64,000 bases of DNA from Patescibacteria group bacterium (GTDB taxonomy: Bacteria > Patescibacteriota > Minisyncoccia > Phycocordibacterales > Phycocordibacteraceae), in NCBI GenBank assembly GCA_018826905.1, contig JAHJYC010000002.1, positions 14,786 to 78,785 of the forward strand, given 5' to 3'. A program made the translations under genes and the position numbers. Under the pieces are notes generated by a model. That model worked only from the letters and a program-made list of their open reading frames with translations, was not told the origin of the DNA and made no database searches. This document shows positions 27,954 to 37,168 of the stretch, piece after piece (the stretch's first letter is position 1; each line of letters begins with the position of its first letter).

Positions 27954-29044
27954 TGACTATTGCCATTTTCGTCCTCGTGCTCGTTGCACTCATTGTTGTC
28001 CATGAGTTTGGGCATTTTGTTGCTGCAAAACTGTCTGGGATGCGGGTGGATGAGTTTGGTATTGGGTATCCGCCAAAGGCTCTGGGAAAGAAGATAGGGG
28101 AGACAGAGTACACGCTCAATTGGCTGCCGTTTGGTGGATTCGTTAAGATCTTTGGAGAAGATCCTGAGCCGGGTGCGGTGCGAGATCCAAGAGCATTCTC
28201 GTCTCGTCCTCGTATTTTGCAGGCACTTGTTCTTGTGGCGGGTATTGGTATGAACCTTCTCTTCGCGTACCTTCTTATCTCCATGACGCTTACTATGGGC
28301 ACCACTCGTGCACTTAGTTCTGAGGAGATTGCTTCAGCTCCAGATGCGCAACTTGCTGTGGCGAGCGTTCTTCCTGATTCGCCTGCAGCGAGGGGAGGAC
28401 TTGCGCAGGGAGATATCATTCTCTCAGCAAAGACAGCAGATGCTGAGTATAGAGGAGCAGACCCTGAAGTATTTACCTCACTTATAACTGAAGAGGGTGG
28501 CCCTGTTACCCTCTCTGTTTTGCGTGCTGATCAAACTGAACAGATTGTGGTGACGCCTGAGTCCGGTGTTATCGCCGGCCAGCCAGAGCGTCGTGCGCTC
28601 GGGGTCGGACTTGCGGCTATCGGAACAGTAACGGTCCCTCTTTGGGAAGCACCTGTACAAGGAGCAGTACTTACATGGGAACTCACAAAGCAGACGGCGA
28701 TAGCGCTCTTCCATTTCTTTGCTGCACTCTTTACCTTCAGTGCTGATCTTTCGCAGGTATCTGGCCCTGTTGGTATTGCGGGAGCTGTTGGAAACGCTTC
28801 ATCTAGCGGACTTGCCTCGCTCCTTGCTATTACGGCACTAATCTCAATTAACCTGGCGCTCATTAACTTGCTGCCGGTGCCAGCACTTGATGGAGGGAGG
28901 CTTCTCTTCGTTATTATTGAGGCTATAACACGGCGCCCCATACCTCCTATTGTTGCAAACGGTTTTAACACTGTTGGATTTGGTCTTCTTATTCTCCTTA
29001 TGCTTGTTGTTACGGCAAACGATATTTTTAGGATAGTGAGTTAG
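27953..29044 (+). CDS. rseP: RIP metalloprotease RseP (M50, PDZ)
   Basis: HEFGH and NLLPVPALDGG motifs. Confidence 0.95.
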   Translation: MTIAIFVLVLVALIVVHEFGHFVAAKLSGMRVDEFGIGYPPKALGKKIGETEYTLNWLPFGGFVKIFGEDPEPGAVRDPRAFSSRPRILQALVLVAGIGMNLLFAYLLISMTLTMGTTRALSSEEIASAPDAQLAVASVLPDSPAARGGLAQGDIILSAKTADAEYRGADPEVFTSLITEEGGPVTLSVLRADQTEQIVVTPESGVIAGQPERRALGVGLAAIGTVTVPLWEAPVQGAVLTWELTKQTAIALFHFFAALFTFSADLSQVSGPVGIAGAVGNASSSGLASLLAITALISINLALINLLPVPALDGGRLLFVIIEAITRRPIPPIVANGFNTVGFGLLILLMLVVTANDIFRIVS

Positions 29045-29046
29045 CC

Positions 29047-29652
29047 ATGAAGCAGCTTGTATTTATCCATGGAGGGGAAACCTTTGATACGTACGATGCA
29101 TATCTAGAAGCTCTGAAAGACTGGACGTACGAACCATTTAAAGAGTTCGGAGAGAGATGGAAGGCAACGCTTGGCGACAAGCTGGGAGAAGAGTGGGAAG
29201 TGTTCACTCCAACAATGCCGTCAAAGTACAATGCTAAATACATTGAGTGGTCTATTTGGTTTGAAAAGGTACTTCCGTATCTAAATGATGGTGTGTCGTT
29301 TGTTGGGCACTCCTTAGGAGGAATTTTCCTAGCGAAGTATCTAAGCGAACACACGCTTCCCGTTTCTGTTCATACTGTATGGCTCATTGCAGCACCCTTT
29401 GATGCAGATGATTCAGAGTACTCACTTGCAGACTTCGTTCTGCCAGAGTCTCTTGAGCTGTTTTCAAAACAGGTACAGCACATATTTGTGTATCACAGCG
29501 AAGACGATCCCATCGTTCCATTCTCTGCACTACAGAAATATACAGACAAATTGCCAGGGGCCATAGCAAGAGTATTTTCAGACAGAGGGCATTTTTTGCA
29601 GCCGGAGTTTCCAGAACTTATAGAAAGTATAAAAGAAACACCGCCTTCCTAG
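29047..29652 (+). CDS. RBBP9/YdeN-type alpha/beta hydrolase
   Basis: IHGG, GHSLG, SEDDPIVP and GHF motifs. Confidence 0.9.
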   Translation: MKQLVFIHGGETFDTYDAYLEALKDWTYEPFKEFGERWKATLGDKLGEEWEVFTPTMPSKYNAKYIEWSIWFEKVLPYLNDGVSFVGHSLGGIFLAKYLSEHTLPVSVHTVWLIAAPFDADDSEYSLADFVLPESLELFSKQVQHIFVYHSEDDPIVPFSALQKYTDKLPGAIARVFSDRGHFLQPEFPELIESIKETPPS

Positions 29653-30248
29653 GAAAGCGGTTGAATGCCGAGACGATGCAGGATACGTCTGGCAGTGTGT
29701 TCTGGGCTCACGTTGTTCCGCACGAACTGGAAGCAGACGGGACTGTTTCTGGCCTCCTGGTACCAGCTCTTTTCTTCAAAGAGTCGTTCCGGAGTGCGTC
29801 GGTCCTTGTACAAAAGACCAGTTGACCATCTGCGGCGCATCAGGCTCTCGTGTGCTGACAGAACATAGAAGGGCATATACCACACCGGCCCTCCTTTCAT
29901 TGACTCAGCAGCTTCCTGCAGCTGCTCTGCAACACTCGGAACGATAGAAGTAAGGCCGATAACGAGTTCGTCTCTCCCGTTGGCGAGCGCGAACTCAAGC
30001 GAGTCTATACTCATGCCGTAGTCGTTACCTGCGTAGCGCGTGCTCCACAAGAACGACCCGCGCGTTTTCATGGCTTCGTACGCAGCCTTCGTGTGCGACC
30101 AACTCACGTTCCGTACGTCGCTGTGGCGGATGCTCTTGGTGGTTTCTCCCCGAGCGAAGCGCGTGACTCCAGTGAGCCGTTGCAGTTCGCAGAGGATTTC
30201 ATCCTTCTGTGTCCCGGTGCGACCCGAGAGCGAAATCAAAAGTCTCAT
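29649..30248 (-). CDS. Degenerate guanylate-kinase-like protein (cassette E)
   Basis: SGRTGTQKD P-loop variant; TTKSIR and FLW...YAGNDYG; GGAG SD; TTGACG upstream. Confidence 0.6.
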   Translation of the reverse strand: MRLLISLSGRTGTQKDEILCELQRLTGVTRFARGETTKSIRHSDVRNVSWSHTKAAYEAMKTRGSFLWSTRYAGNDYGMSIDSLEFALANGRDELVIGLTSIVPSVAEQLQEAAESMKGGPVWYMPFYVLSAHESLMRRRWSTGLLYKDRRTPERLFEEKSWYQEARNSPVCFQFVRNNVSPEHTARRILHRLGIQPLS

Positions 30249-30347
30249 GATGGTTCTCCCTCTCCAAATAGACCCTACACCCTGAGGATATATCGTCAAA
30301 GAATAGCTTTTGCTCTCACGTACGGAGAGTCGTATACTGGAGGAACT

Positions 30348-31592
30348 ATGCGTCAGTCCAGCCTATTTACGAAGACTCGTCGGGAAGCTCCTAAGGATGA
30401 GCTCGCCAAGAACGCACAACTCCTCATTCGTGCTGGATATGTACACAAAGAGATGGCTGGAGTGTATGCGTACCTCCCGCTTGGCCTCAAGGTGGTGGAG
30501 CGTATTAAAGCTATTGTCAGGGAAGAGATGGAAGCTATTGGAGGGAACGAGCTTCTCATGACAAGTCTTCAGAGCAAAGAGTTGTGGGAGAAGACTGATC
30601 GTTGGGACGATAAGAATGTGGACGTATGGTTTAAGTCTGTTCTTAAGAACGGGTCTGAAGTTGGGTTCGGCTGGTCTCATGAAGAGCCGATAACTGAGCT
30701 CATGACAGAGTATCTTGCGAGTTATCGCGATCTTCCTGCATATGTCTACCAATTTCAGACAAAGTTGCGTAACGAACTACGCGCCAAGTCAGGAATCATG
30801 CGAGGAAGGGAGTTTGTTATGAAGGACATGTATTCCTACACTACCGATGAGGAAGCACATCTAAAGTTTTATAACGCAGCTATTCAGGCATACCACAATG
30901 TCTTCATGCATGTTGGTCTTGGGGAGCTGACCTACCTGACGTTTGCATCAGGAGGTGCATTTACACAGTTCAGTCATGAATTCCAGACGGTCTCAGAAGC
31001 TGGCGAGGATACTATTTACGTACACAAGAAGAAGAGACTTGCGGTGAACAAGGAGGTACTCACTCCAGAGGTACTTGAGAAGCTTGATGTTAAGAGAGAG
31101 GAACTTGTAGAAGAGAAAGCTATTGAAGTAGGAAACATTTTTAGTTTCGGGTCCATAAAGTCTGAACAGCTTGGACTTAAGTACAAAGATGAAGAGGGGA
31201 CAGAAAAGCCAGTTATCCTGGGTTCCTATGGTATCGGCATCACTCGCCTCATGGGTACTATCGTTGAGTCCTTTGCAGACGAGAAGGGAATTGTCTGGCC
31301 AGAGGCAGTTGCTCCTTTTGCCTATCATCTTGTCTCACTTGCTGGAAACAATGGAGACGTTGCCGCGTATGCAGAGAGTCTCTATGAAGAGCTTACAGAC
31401 GCAGGGAAGTCGGTTCTCTATGATGATCGTGACGTACGTGCAGGAGAGAAGTTTGCAGACTCAGATCTTATGGGGCTGCCGTGGCGCATTGTTGTTGGGA
31501 AAGACACTCTCTCTAGCGGACAGTTGGAACTCGTACATAGGAAGACAGGAGAAACCACACACCTTACTCGTTCTGAATTGCTCGCACGTTAA
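30348..31592 (+). CDS. proS: Proline--tRNA ligase (short form)
   Basis: SHEE, RNELRAKSGIMRGREFVMKDMYS and GSYGIG motifs; anticodon-binding domain. Confidence 0.95.
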   Translation: MRQSSLFTKTRREAPKDELAKNAQLLIRAGYVHKEMAGVYAYLPLGLKVVERIKAIVREEMEAIGGNELLMTSLQSKELWEKTDRWDDKNVDVWFKSVLKNGSEVGFGWSHEEPITELMTEYLASYRDLPAYVYQFQTKLRNELRAKSGIMRGREFVMKDMYSYTTDEEAHLKFYNAAIQAYHNVFMHVGLGELTYLTFASGGAFTQFSHEFQTVSEAGEDTIYVHKKKRLAVNKEVLTPEVLEKLDVKREELVEEKAIEVGNIFSFGSIKSEQLGLKYKDEEGTEKPVILGSYGIGITRLMGTIVESFADEKGIVWPEAVAPFAYHLVSLAGNNGDVAAYAESLYEELTDAGKSVLYDDRDVRAGEKFADSDLMGLPWRIVVGKDTLSSGQLELVHRKTGETTHLTRSELLAR

Positions 31593-31594
31593 GT

Positions 31595-32650
31595 ATGGCT
31601 AAGAAATTTTCAAAGAACTCTTTGTTCTCAACTGATATTGGTATTGATCTGGGGACAGGAAACACGCTCGTATACGTGCGTGGGCGAGGGATTGTTATTG
31701 CAGAGCCGTCTGTTGTTACGGTGAACGAAAAGACCGGGCAGATGGTAGCTGTAGGACAAAATGCAAAGATGATGCTTGGGAAAACACCTCCGCACATTCG
31801 TGCAGTTCGTCCGCTTTCTCATGGTGTTATTTCAGACTTTGAAGTAACGGAAGAGTTGCTTGCGTACTTTATTAACAAAGCACAAGGGGGACGCTCTCGT
31901 TTGTTTGGTCCCCGTGTTGTTGTTGGTGTTCCTACGGGTGTTACTAACGTAGAGAGTCGTGCAGTGAGAGACGCTGCGCTCACTGCTGGTGCTCGTGAGG
32001 TGTATATCCTAGAAGAGCCTATGGCAGGTGCTATTGGTGCAAAGCTTCCTGTTATGGAGGCGCTTGGCACCATGGTGCTTGATATTGGAGCAGGAACAAC
32101 TGACATAGCGGTTATCGCGCTCGGAGGTACCGTTGCTTCAAAAAGTTCTCAGGTAGCGGGAGACCGCTTTAATGACAACATCATTGACTACGTACGAAGC
32201 GAATTCCAGCTCGCTATTGGAGAGAAGACTGCAGAGGATACAAAGATTGCCATAGGGGCAGTGCTCCCGCTTGAGACTGGTCTTGAAAGGGCGATTCGTG
32301 GACGTGATCTTGCAACAGGTCTTCCAAGAGAGATTATTCTCACGGATGCGCATGTGCGAGAAGCGCTCGCTCCTTCAATGGACTCGCTTATGGAAGCGAT
32401 GAAAGATGTTATTGAACACACACCTCCCGAGCTTCTCTCAGACGTACTTGAGCGCGGAGTTACTGTTTTTGGTGGAGGAGCTTTAGTCCGTGGACTTCCT
32501 GAGCTACTAGCTAAAATGCTCGGTGTTCCCGTACATGTTGCAAGCGATCCCCTTACTGCTGTAGTTCGTGGTACGGGTATAGTAACTGAAGACCCTCGTC
32601 CGTGGGCGGACGCATTTATGCATGAAGACGCAATTCTCCCGAAGACGTAA
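31595..32650 (+). CDS. mreB: Rod shape-determining protein MreB
   Basis: GIDLGT, EPSVV and DIGAGTT motifs; upstream of mreC. Confidence 0.94.
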   Translation: MAKKFSKNSLFSTDIGIDLGTGNTLVYVRGRGIVIAEPSVVTVNEKTGQMVAVGQNAKMMLGKTPPHIRAVRPLSHGVISDFEVTEELLAYFINKAQGGRSRLFGPRVVVGVPTGVTNVESRAVRDAALTAGAREVYILEEPMAGAIGAKLPVMEALGTMVLDIGAGTTDIAVIALGGTVASKSSQVAGDRFNDNIIDYVRSEFQLAIGEKTAEDTKIAIGAVLPLETGLERAIRGRDLATGLPREIILTDAHVREALAPSMDSLMEAMKDVIEHTPPELLSDVLERGVTVFGGGALVRGLPELLAKMLGVPVHVASDPLTAVVRGTGIVTEDPRPWADAFMHEDAILPKT

Positions 32651-33407
32651 TTTTGTTATTGGCAGGTCCTGGATGGGACCACTGTCTCTCTCTTTGATTG
32701 GCATTGCTATGCTGTTTTTTATAGTGCGGGTTTTTGCTCCAGGAGTTATTGCGTTCGTTGCCACTCCTCTTTGGAGTGTGGGGACCACGCTCTCGGCGTC
32801 TGCCTATACTGCTGGATCTTTCTTTGGGAATCCCGCAGCACTTACAAAGGAGCGAGACCAGCTCCTTAGCGAGAACGCAGCGCTTCGTACTGAGCAACTG
32901 GGTCTGTATGCACAGGTACAGGATCTAACAAAGCTCATCGGAACACGTACAGAGCCAGGAGAGGGAATCCTGGCACAGGTGGTAGTGCGTCCTCCTGTTT
33001 CCCCGTACGACACATTTGTCCTTGATCAGGGAAGTGATGTCGGAGTACAGCCTGAGATGCGTGTCTTTGGTCCAGGAGGAGTGCCTTTAGGAACAGTTGA
33101 GAGTGTTACCGGTTCTTCTGCACGAGTACTGCTGTATTCAGCACCAGGACGAGAAACTGAGAGTTGGGTAGGGGAGGAGCGTCTCGCTCTTTCACTAATA
33201 GGAAAAGGGAGCGGTGCCTTTACTGCAACAGCTGCACGTGAGGCGGGGGTGAAGGAAGGAGATTTTGTATACACTGCTGGACCTTCTTTTGCACCCATTG
33301 GGGTAGTGGTATCTGTTCAGAATGATCCTTCTTTGCCTCGTGCAGGGGTTGGTATTCGGCCTTACTTTAATCCATTCTCAACTCCTTGGGTAACGATTGA
33401 GCCATGA
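32622..33407 (+). CDS. mreC: Rod shape-determining protein MreC
   Basis: TM, coiled coil and LDQGSDVGV motif; synteny. Confidence 0.85.
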   Translation: MKTQFSRRRNFVIGRSWMGPLSLSLIGIAMLFFIVRVFAPGVIAFVATPLWSVGTTLSASAYTAGSFFGNPAALTKERDQLLSENAALRTEQLGLYAQVQDLTKLIGTRTEPGEGILAQVVVRPPVSPYDTFVLDQGSDVGVQPEMRVFGPGGVPLGTVESVTGSSARVLLYSAPGRETESWVGEERLALSLIGKGSGAFTATAAREAGVKEGDFVYTAGPSFAPIGVVVSVQNDPSLPRAGVGIRPYFNPFSTPWVTIEP

Positions 33408-33652
33408 TTCGTATACTTGTTTTGCTGGCAACATTGTTCTCTCTCTTTTTCTTTCCGTACGTAGTCTCTGTAGTACTTATTCTCGTCTCTGCACTCACGC
33501 TCCCTTTTTCAGGTATTGCCTTTGGTATCCTTGCTGACGCGCTGTACTACTCTCAAGGTTCAGGAATTCCTTGGTGGACTATTGTAGGGGCAGGAGCGAC
33601 CCTTTTGGCACTCCTCGTGCATCGTTTCGTGAAGACGCGTATCATAGAGTAA
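33404..33652 (+). CDS. Small membrane protein in the mreD position
   Basis: 82 aa, hydrophobic, GILAD motif; between mreC and pbp2. Confidence 0.6.
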   Translation: MIRILVLLATLFSLFFFPYVVSVVLILVSALTLPFSGIAFGILADALYYSQGSGIPWWTIVGAGATLLALLVHRFVKTRIIE

Positions 33653-35325
33653 TGCTATTTGGGAGACGAAGAAAACGGCGTAGGGAGCGAGAACTTGATC
33701 CAGATGAGATTTTTCTGGACTCGTCTAACCTATCGGATTTTGATACTGGCCAGCTAGAGGGGCGTCTAGAAAAGCCCATTGAACGAAACACCTTTGCAGG
33801 AATAGGGGTGGTTGCACTGATTATTGGAACAGCACTTGTAGCACAGGCAGCGAATCTCCAGATGATTCAAGGAGAACGCTACTCAGCACAAAGCGAGCGG
33901 AACCGCCTCCGCCCGCAAGTATTATTTGCTGAGCGTGGCGCTATTGTGGACAGGAATGGATTTGCTCTTGTCTATAACGAAGCAGGAGACGACGGATTTG
34001 TAACGCGTAAGTATGAGTCTCCAGGATTTGCACACTTGCTTGGATACGTCTCATACCCAAGACGAGATTCTTCGGGCAAGTTTTATGATACAGAAATAAC
34101 TGGGCTAAGTGGTGTTGAGTCTGCAATGAATGATGTGCTGTCTGGAAAGAATGGAACTCTTCTTGTTGAGGAGGATGCGCTTGGAAAAATTCAGTCTTCA
34201 GGAACGGTGAAGCCAGCAGAAAAGGGACAGACGGTAACACTCTCCATAGACGCGAGAGCACAGCGCGCGTTTGCTCGTTCAGTTAAATCGCTCGCAGACA
34301 GTGTTCCTTTTAAGGGCGGGTCTGCAATTTTGATGGACGTAAACACGGGAGAGGTCCACGCACTTGTCTCGTATCCTGAATATGACTCCAATGTTCTTTC
34401 TTCAGGAGGACCGAGCGAGGTTATTGCGGGATATCAAAAGGATACACGGCAGGTGTATTTGGATAGAGCAGTTTCAGGATTGTACACACCCGGATCAATC
34501 GTAAAGCCGATGGAGATAGCAGGTGCACTAACAGATGGGATCGTAACTCCTGAGACAGTTATTGTTTCAAATGGATTTATTTCAATTCCAAACGCGTATG
34601 ATCCGTCACGTCCTACAATCTTTAAGGATTGGAAGATACTGGGGCCAATGAACGCACGAAGTGCAGTTGCATGGTCTTCTGATGTGTACTTCTACACGAT
34701 TGGGGGCGGGTTCAACGGTATTAGGGGTCTTGGCATTGAGCGACTTAAGTATTGGTACGACCTGTTTGGATTTACCTCAAAGACAGGCATAGAGCTTGAA
34801 GGAGAAGCAGAAGGTTTTGTTCCTACTCCTGCGTGGAAGGAAGAGCGGTATGGAGATCCGTGGCGTGTAGGAGACACGTACAACACTGCTATTGGGCAGT
34901 ACGCGATGCAGGTAACTCCTCTGGGGGCTGCGAGGGCTGTTGCTGCTGTTGCAAACGGAGGGAAGCTAGTGCGCCCAACCTTGGTGAAGGATGCTCCCCT
35001 ACAAGGAAAAAGTATTCCCGTAGACCAAGCAGCACTACAAGTTGCGCAAGAGGGAATGCGCCTTGGAGCAACTGAAGGAACTTCTAAGGGATTGTCTGAT
35101 CTTTCCTTTGTTAAAGTCGCAGGAAAGACAGGAACAGCACAGCTTGGAGTGAACAACGAATTCCATAGTTCGTGGGCAGTAGGGTACTTCCCTTATGACA
35201 ATCCAAAGTATGCGTACGTTGTCGTTATGGAGCGAGGACCTGCTGCAAACCTTGTGGGTGGTATCTATGTTACGTATCACGCACTAAGAGAGCTGTATCA
35301 GACTGCTCCAGAATATTTTGAATAG
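33652..35325 (+). CDS. mrdA: Penicillin-binding protein 2 (class B)
   Basis: PGSIVK, SSD and KTGTAQ motifs; follows mreBC. Confidence 0.9.
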   Translation: MLFGRRRKRRRERELDPDEIFLDSSNLSDFDTGQLEGRLEKPIERNTFAGIGVVALIIGTALVAQAANLQMIQGERYSAQSERNRLRPQVLFAERGAIVDRNGFALVYNEAGDDGFVTRKYESPGFAHLLGYVSYPRRDSSGKFYDTEITGLSGVESAMNDVLSGKNGTLLVEEDALGKIQSSGTVKPAEKGQTVTLSIDARAQRAFARSVKSLADSVPFKGGSAILMDVNTGEVHALVSYPEYDSNVLSSGGPSEVIAGYQKDTRQVYLDRAVSGLYTPGSIVKPMEIAGALTDGIVTPETVIVSNGFISIPNAYDPSRPTIFKDWKILGPMNARSAVAWSSDVYFYTIGGGFNGIRGLGIERLKYWYDLFGFTSKTGIELEGEAEGFVPTPAWKEERYGDPWRVGDTYNTAIGQYAMQVTPLGAARAVAAVANGGKLVRPTLVKDAPLQGKSIPVDQAALQVAQEGMRLGATEGTSKGLSDLSFVKVAGKTGTAQLGVNNEFHSSWAVGYFPYDNPKYAYVVVMERGPAANLVGGIYVTYHALRELYQTAPEYFE

Positions 35326-35393
35326 AGCATGATTTGACGGCTCAGAAGGAGCCCGTAGAATACAGGTACACACACTCATCATTCACTACATAC

Positions 35394-35864
35394 ATGACCG
35401 ATCAGGAAACCGTTGTTAGCCAAGAGAAGTTTGACGAAATGCTTAAGGAGCTAGAAACCCTTAAGACCGTACGACGTACAGAGATTGCAGAGAATCTGGA
35501 ATACGCCCGCTCTCTTGGAGATCTGTCAGAGAATGCTGAATACCAGGAAGCGCGAGAGTTGCAGGCTGCAACTGAGGAGCGTATCCGCAAGCTAGAGGAG
35601 CTCGTGAAGAAGGCGAAGATTGTTACTGATGGAAAGAAGAAAGATGTTGTTGGTTTTACTTCAACAGTAACAATCAAGAAAGAGGGAAGTACAGAAGCAC
35701 ACGAGTACACTATTGTAGGAAGTGAAGAAGCAGATATGCGTGTCCATAAACTTTCACACGTCTCTCCACTCGGAGCGGCGCTCATGGGGAAGAAAAAAGG
35801 AGACAGCTTTACTTTTGAAACTCCAAACGGAAAGCAAACCTACACGATTGAGAAGGTAGCGTAA
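35394..35864 (+). CDS. greA: Transcription elongation factor GreA
   Basis: GDLSENAEY and SPLGAAL motifs. Confidence 0.96.
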   Translation: MTDQETVVSQEKFDEMLKELETLKTVRRTEIAENLEYARSLGDLSENAEYQEARELQAATEERIRKLEELVKKAKIVTDGKKKDVVGFTSTVTIKKEGSTEAHEYTIVGSEEADMRVHKLSHVSPLGAALMGKKKGDSFTFETPNGKQTYTIEKVA

Positions 35865-35865
35865 G

Positions 35866-35896
35866 AAAAAAGGCGGTCCCGAAGGATCGCCTTTTG
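35866..35896. terminator. Bidirectional terminator
   Basis: aaaaggcggtcc-cgaa-ggatcgcctttt. Confidence 0.8.
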
Positions 35897-35904
35897 CTTT
35901 ATCT

Positions 35905-36354
35905 TCATCCAGCGTGCACCATTCCGGCACAAACGCTTGAGGAGAAGTAGCCAGAATGTCTTCCCTTGCGCACTCGCTTTCTGCGAGCGGCTGGAATACT
36001 CAGATACCCCCTGATGGCGTCTTCAAGCCCAGGCAGATCCCTGGCCGAATAGCACCCATTGCTATCCAGTCGAGCAGGATTGATCAGTGTGAGCGAGCGA
36101 GCCTTCAGCGCGAATCCCGGCAGGATGAATCCACGCTTTTCTGCGTGAACTACACGCTCCTCCAGGTTATCCGGCAGGTTCTTCAAGTACCTGCCAGTAT
36201 GTCTTCCGGTCTGCACCAGGAGAAGGAGGCGAGAGTCAGAAGGCCATTGTTCCGGCATTCTTGCCAGGTGTGTGTGAACACCAAAACGGAGAAGGATTGT
36301 GGCAATCTGCAGCGAAGCTTGCTGGTCCGAAAAAACAGTAACAGACGCAACCAT
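35905..36354 (-). CDS. Orphan hypothetical protein (cassette F)
   Basis: ATG with GGAGG SD; GC-richer than neighbours. Confidence 0.55.
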   Translation of the reverse strand: MVASVTVFSDQQASLQIATILLRFGVHTHLARMPEQWPSDSRLLLLVQTGRHTGRYLKNLPDNLEERVVHAEKRGFILPGFALKARSLTLINPARLDSNGCYSARDLPGLEDAIRGYLSIPAARRKRVRKGRHSGYFSSSVCAGMVHAG

Positions 36355-36427
36355 GGTAGCTATCCTCCAGGAATAGTGAGACGTAGGCAGTGTCTCAGGT
36401 GAAAAGAGCAGTATTCGTCGCCTAAAC

Positions 36428-36466
36428 GAAAACGAGCCCCCAGACTTTTGGTCGGGGGCTCGTTTC
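36428..36466 (-). terminator. Intrinsic terminator between the leader and cassette F
   Basis: aaacgagccccc...gggggctcgttt 12-bp stem. Confidence 0.7.
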
Positions 36467-36477
36467 AACTTTCTTCT

Positions 36478-36610
36478 TTAAATCTTCTGAGGAGAAAGCT
36501 CAAGCGAAACCCCGACCTTTGTAAAAAGGCCGAGGACGTAGACGGTAATAATCTGCTGAATCGCTTGATGCATGTAGAGGAAGGATAGTCTCAAAGTGAG
36601 AACGTGTCAA
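36478..36610 (-). other. Promoter plus structured leader or 31-aa ORF
   Basis: TTGACA-17-TATCCT; ORF 36478-36573 MHQAIQQIITVYVLGLFTKVGVSLELSPQKI; nested helices. Confidence 0.45.
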
Positions 36611-36641
36611 AGGCTTGTTATGCACAGTTATCTGAAGGAAA

Positions 36642-36700
36642 CGTGAGGGATGTGGGGCAAAGTGTCATATACTTAGCTATTAGTGGGATGAAGTGGGAAT
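36642..36700 (+). promoter_or_regulatory. Putative MraZ-binding GTGGG repeats in the dcw promoter
   Basis: gtgagg, gtgggg, gtggga and gtggga (pairs spaced 10 nt) flanking TATACT, upstream of mraZ. Confidence 0.7.
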
Positions 36701-36730
36701 ACTCATCTTTCTCCTACGCCACTACTTTCT

Positions 36731-37165
36731 ATGTTCATCGGAGAATACCGCCACACCTTAGACGCAAAGAACCGCGTATCTCTTCCGGCAAAGTTCCGGA
36801 AGGAGCTCGGTTCGTCTGTCATTGTGACGCGCGGATTGGATCACTGTCTCTTTGTGTATCCAAAAGCAGCATGGAAGAAGGAGGCGCAAAAGTTTGCACA
36901 ACACTCGTCCGGAGGTGCAGCAGGACGAGCATTTGCTCGCTTGATGCTTGCGGGAGCAAATGAAGCTGATGTAGATAGCGCGGGACGTGTGCTTGTTCCT
37001 GATTACCTTCGTACCTACGCAGGTCTTTCAGGAAAGTGTGTTGTTGCAGGAGTTTCAGATCGTGTTGAGCTCTGGGACGAGCCGGTATGGGAGCAGTACA
37101 CCACTGATATTGAACGAGATGCTGATCAGTTCGCTGAGACGCTTGGCCAGAAGAACCTCACCTAG
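36731..37165 (+). CDS. mraZ: Division/cell wall cluster repressor MraZ
   Basis: MFIGEYRHTLDAKNRVSLP and DSAGRVLVP motifs. Confidence 0.96.
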   Translation: MFIGEYRHTLDAKNRVSLPAKFRKELGSSVIVTRGLDHCLFVYPKAAWKKEAQKFAQHSSGGAAGRAFARLMLAGANEADVDSAGRVLVPDYLRTYAGLSGKCVVAGVSDRVELWDEPVWEQYTTDIERDADQFAETLGQKNLT

Positions 37166-37168
37166 CGT

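Noticed and set aside
36618-36626. DnaA-box-like ttatgcaca as a sign of oriC
   Set aside because: It is a single box with no cluster, unwinding element or dnaA nearby.
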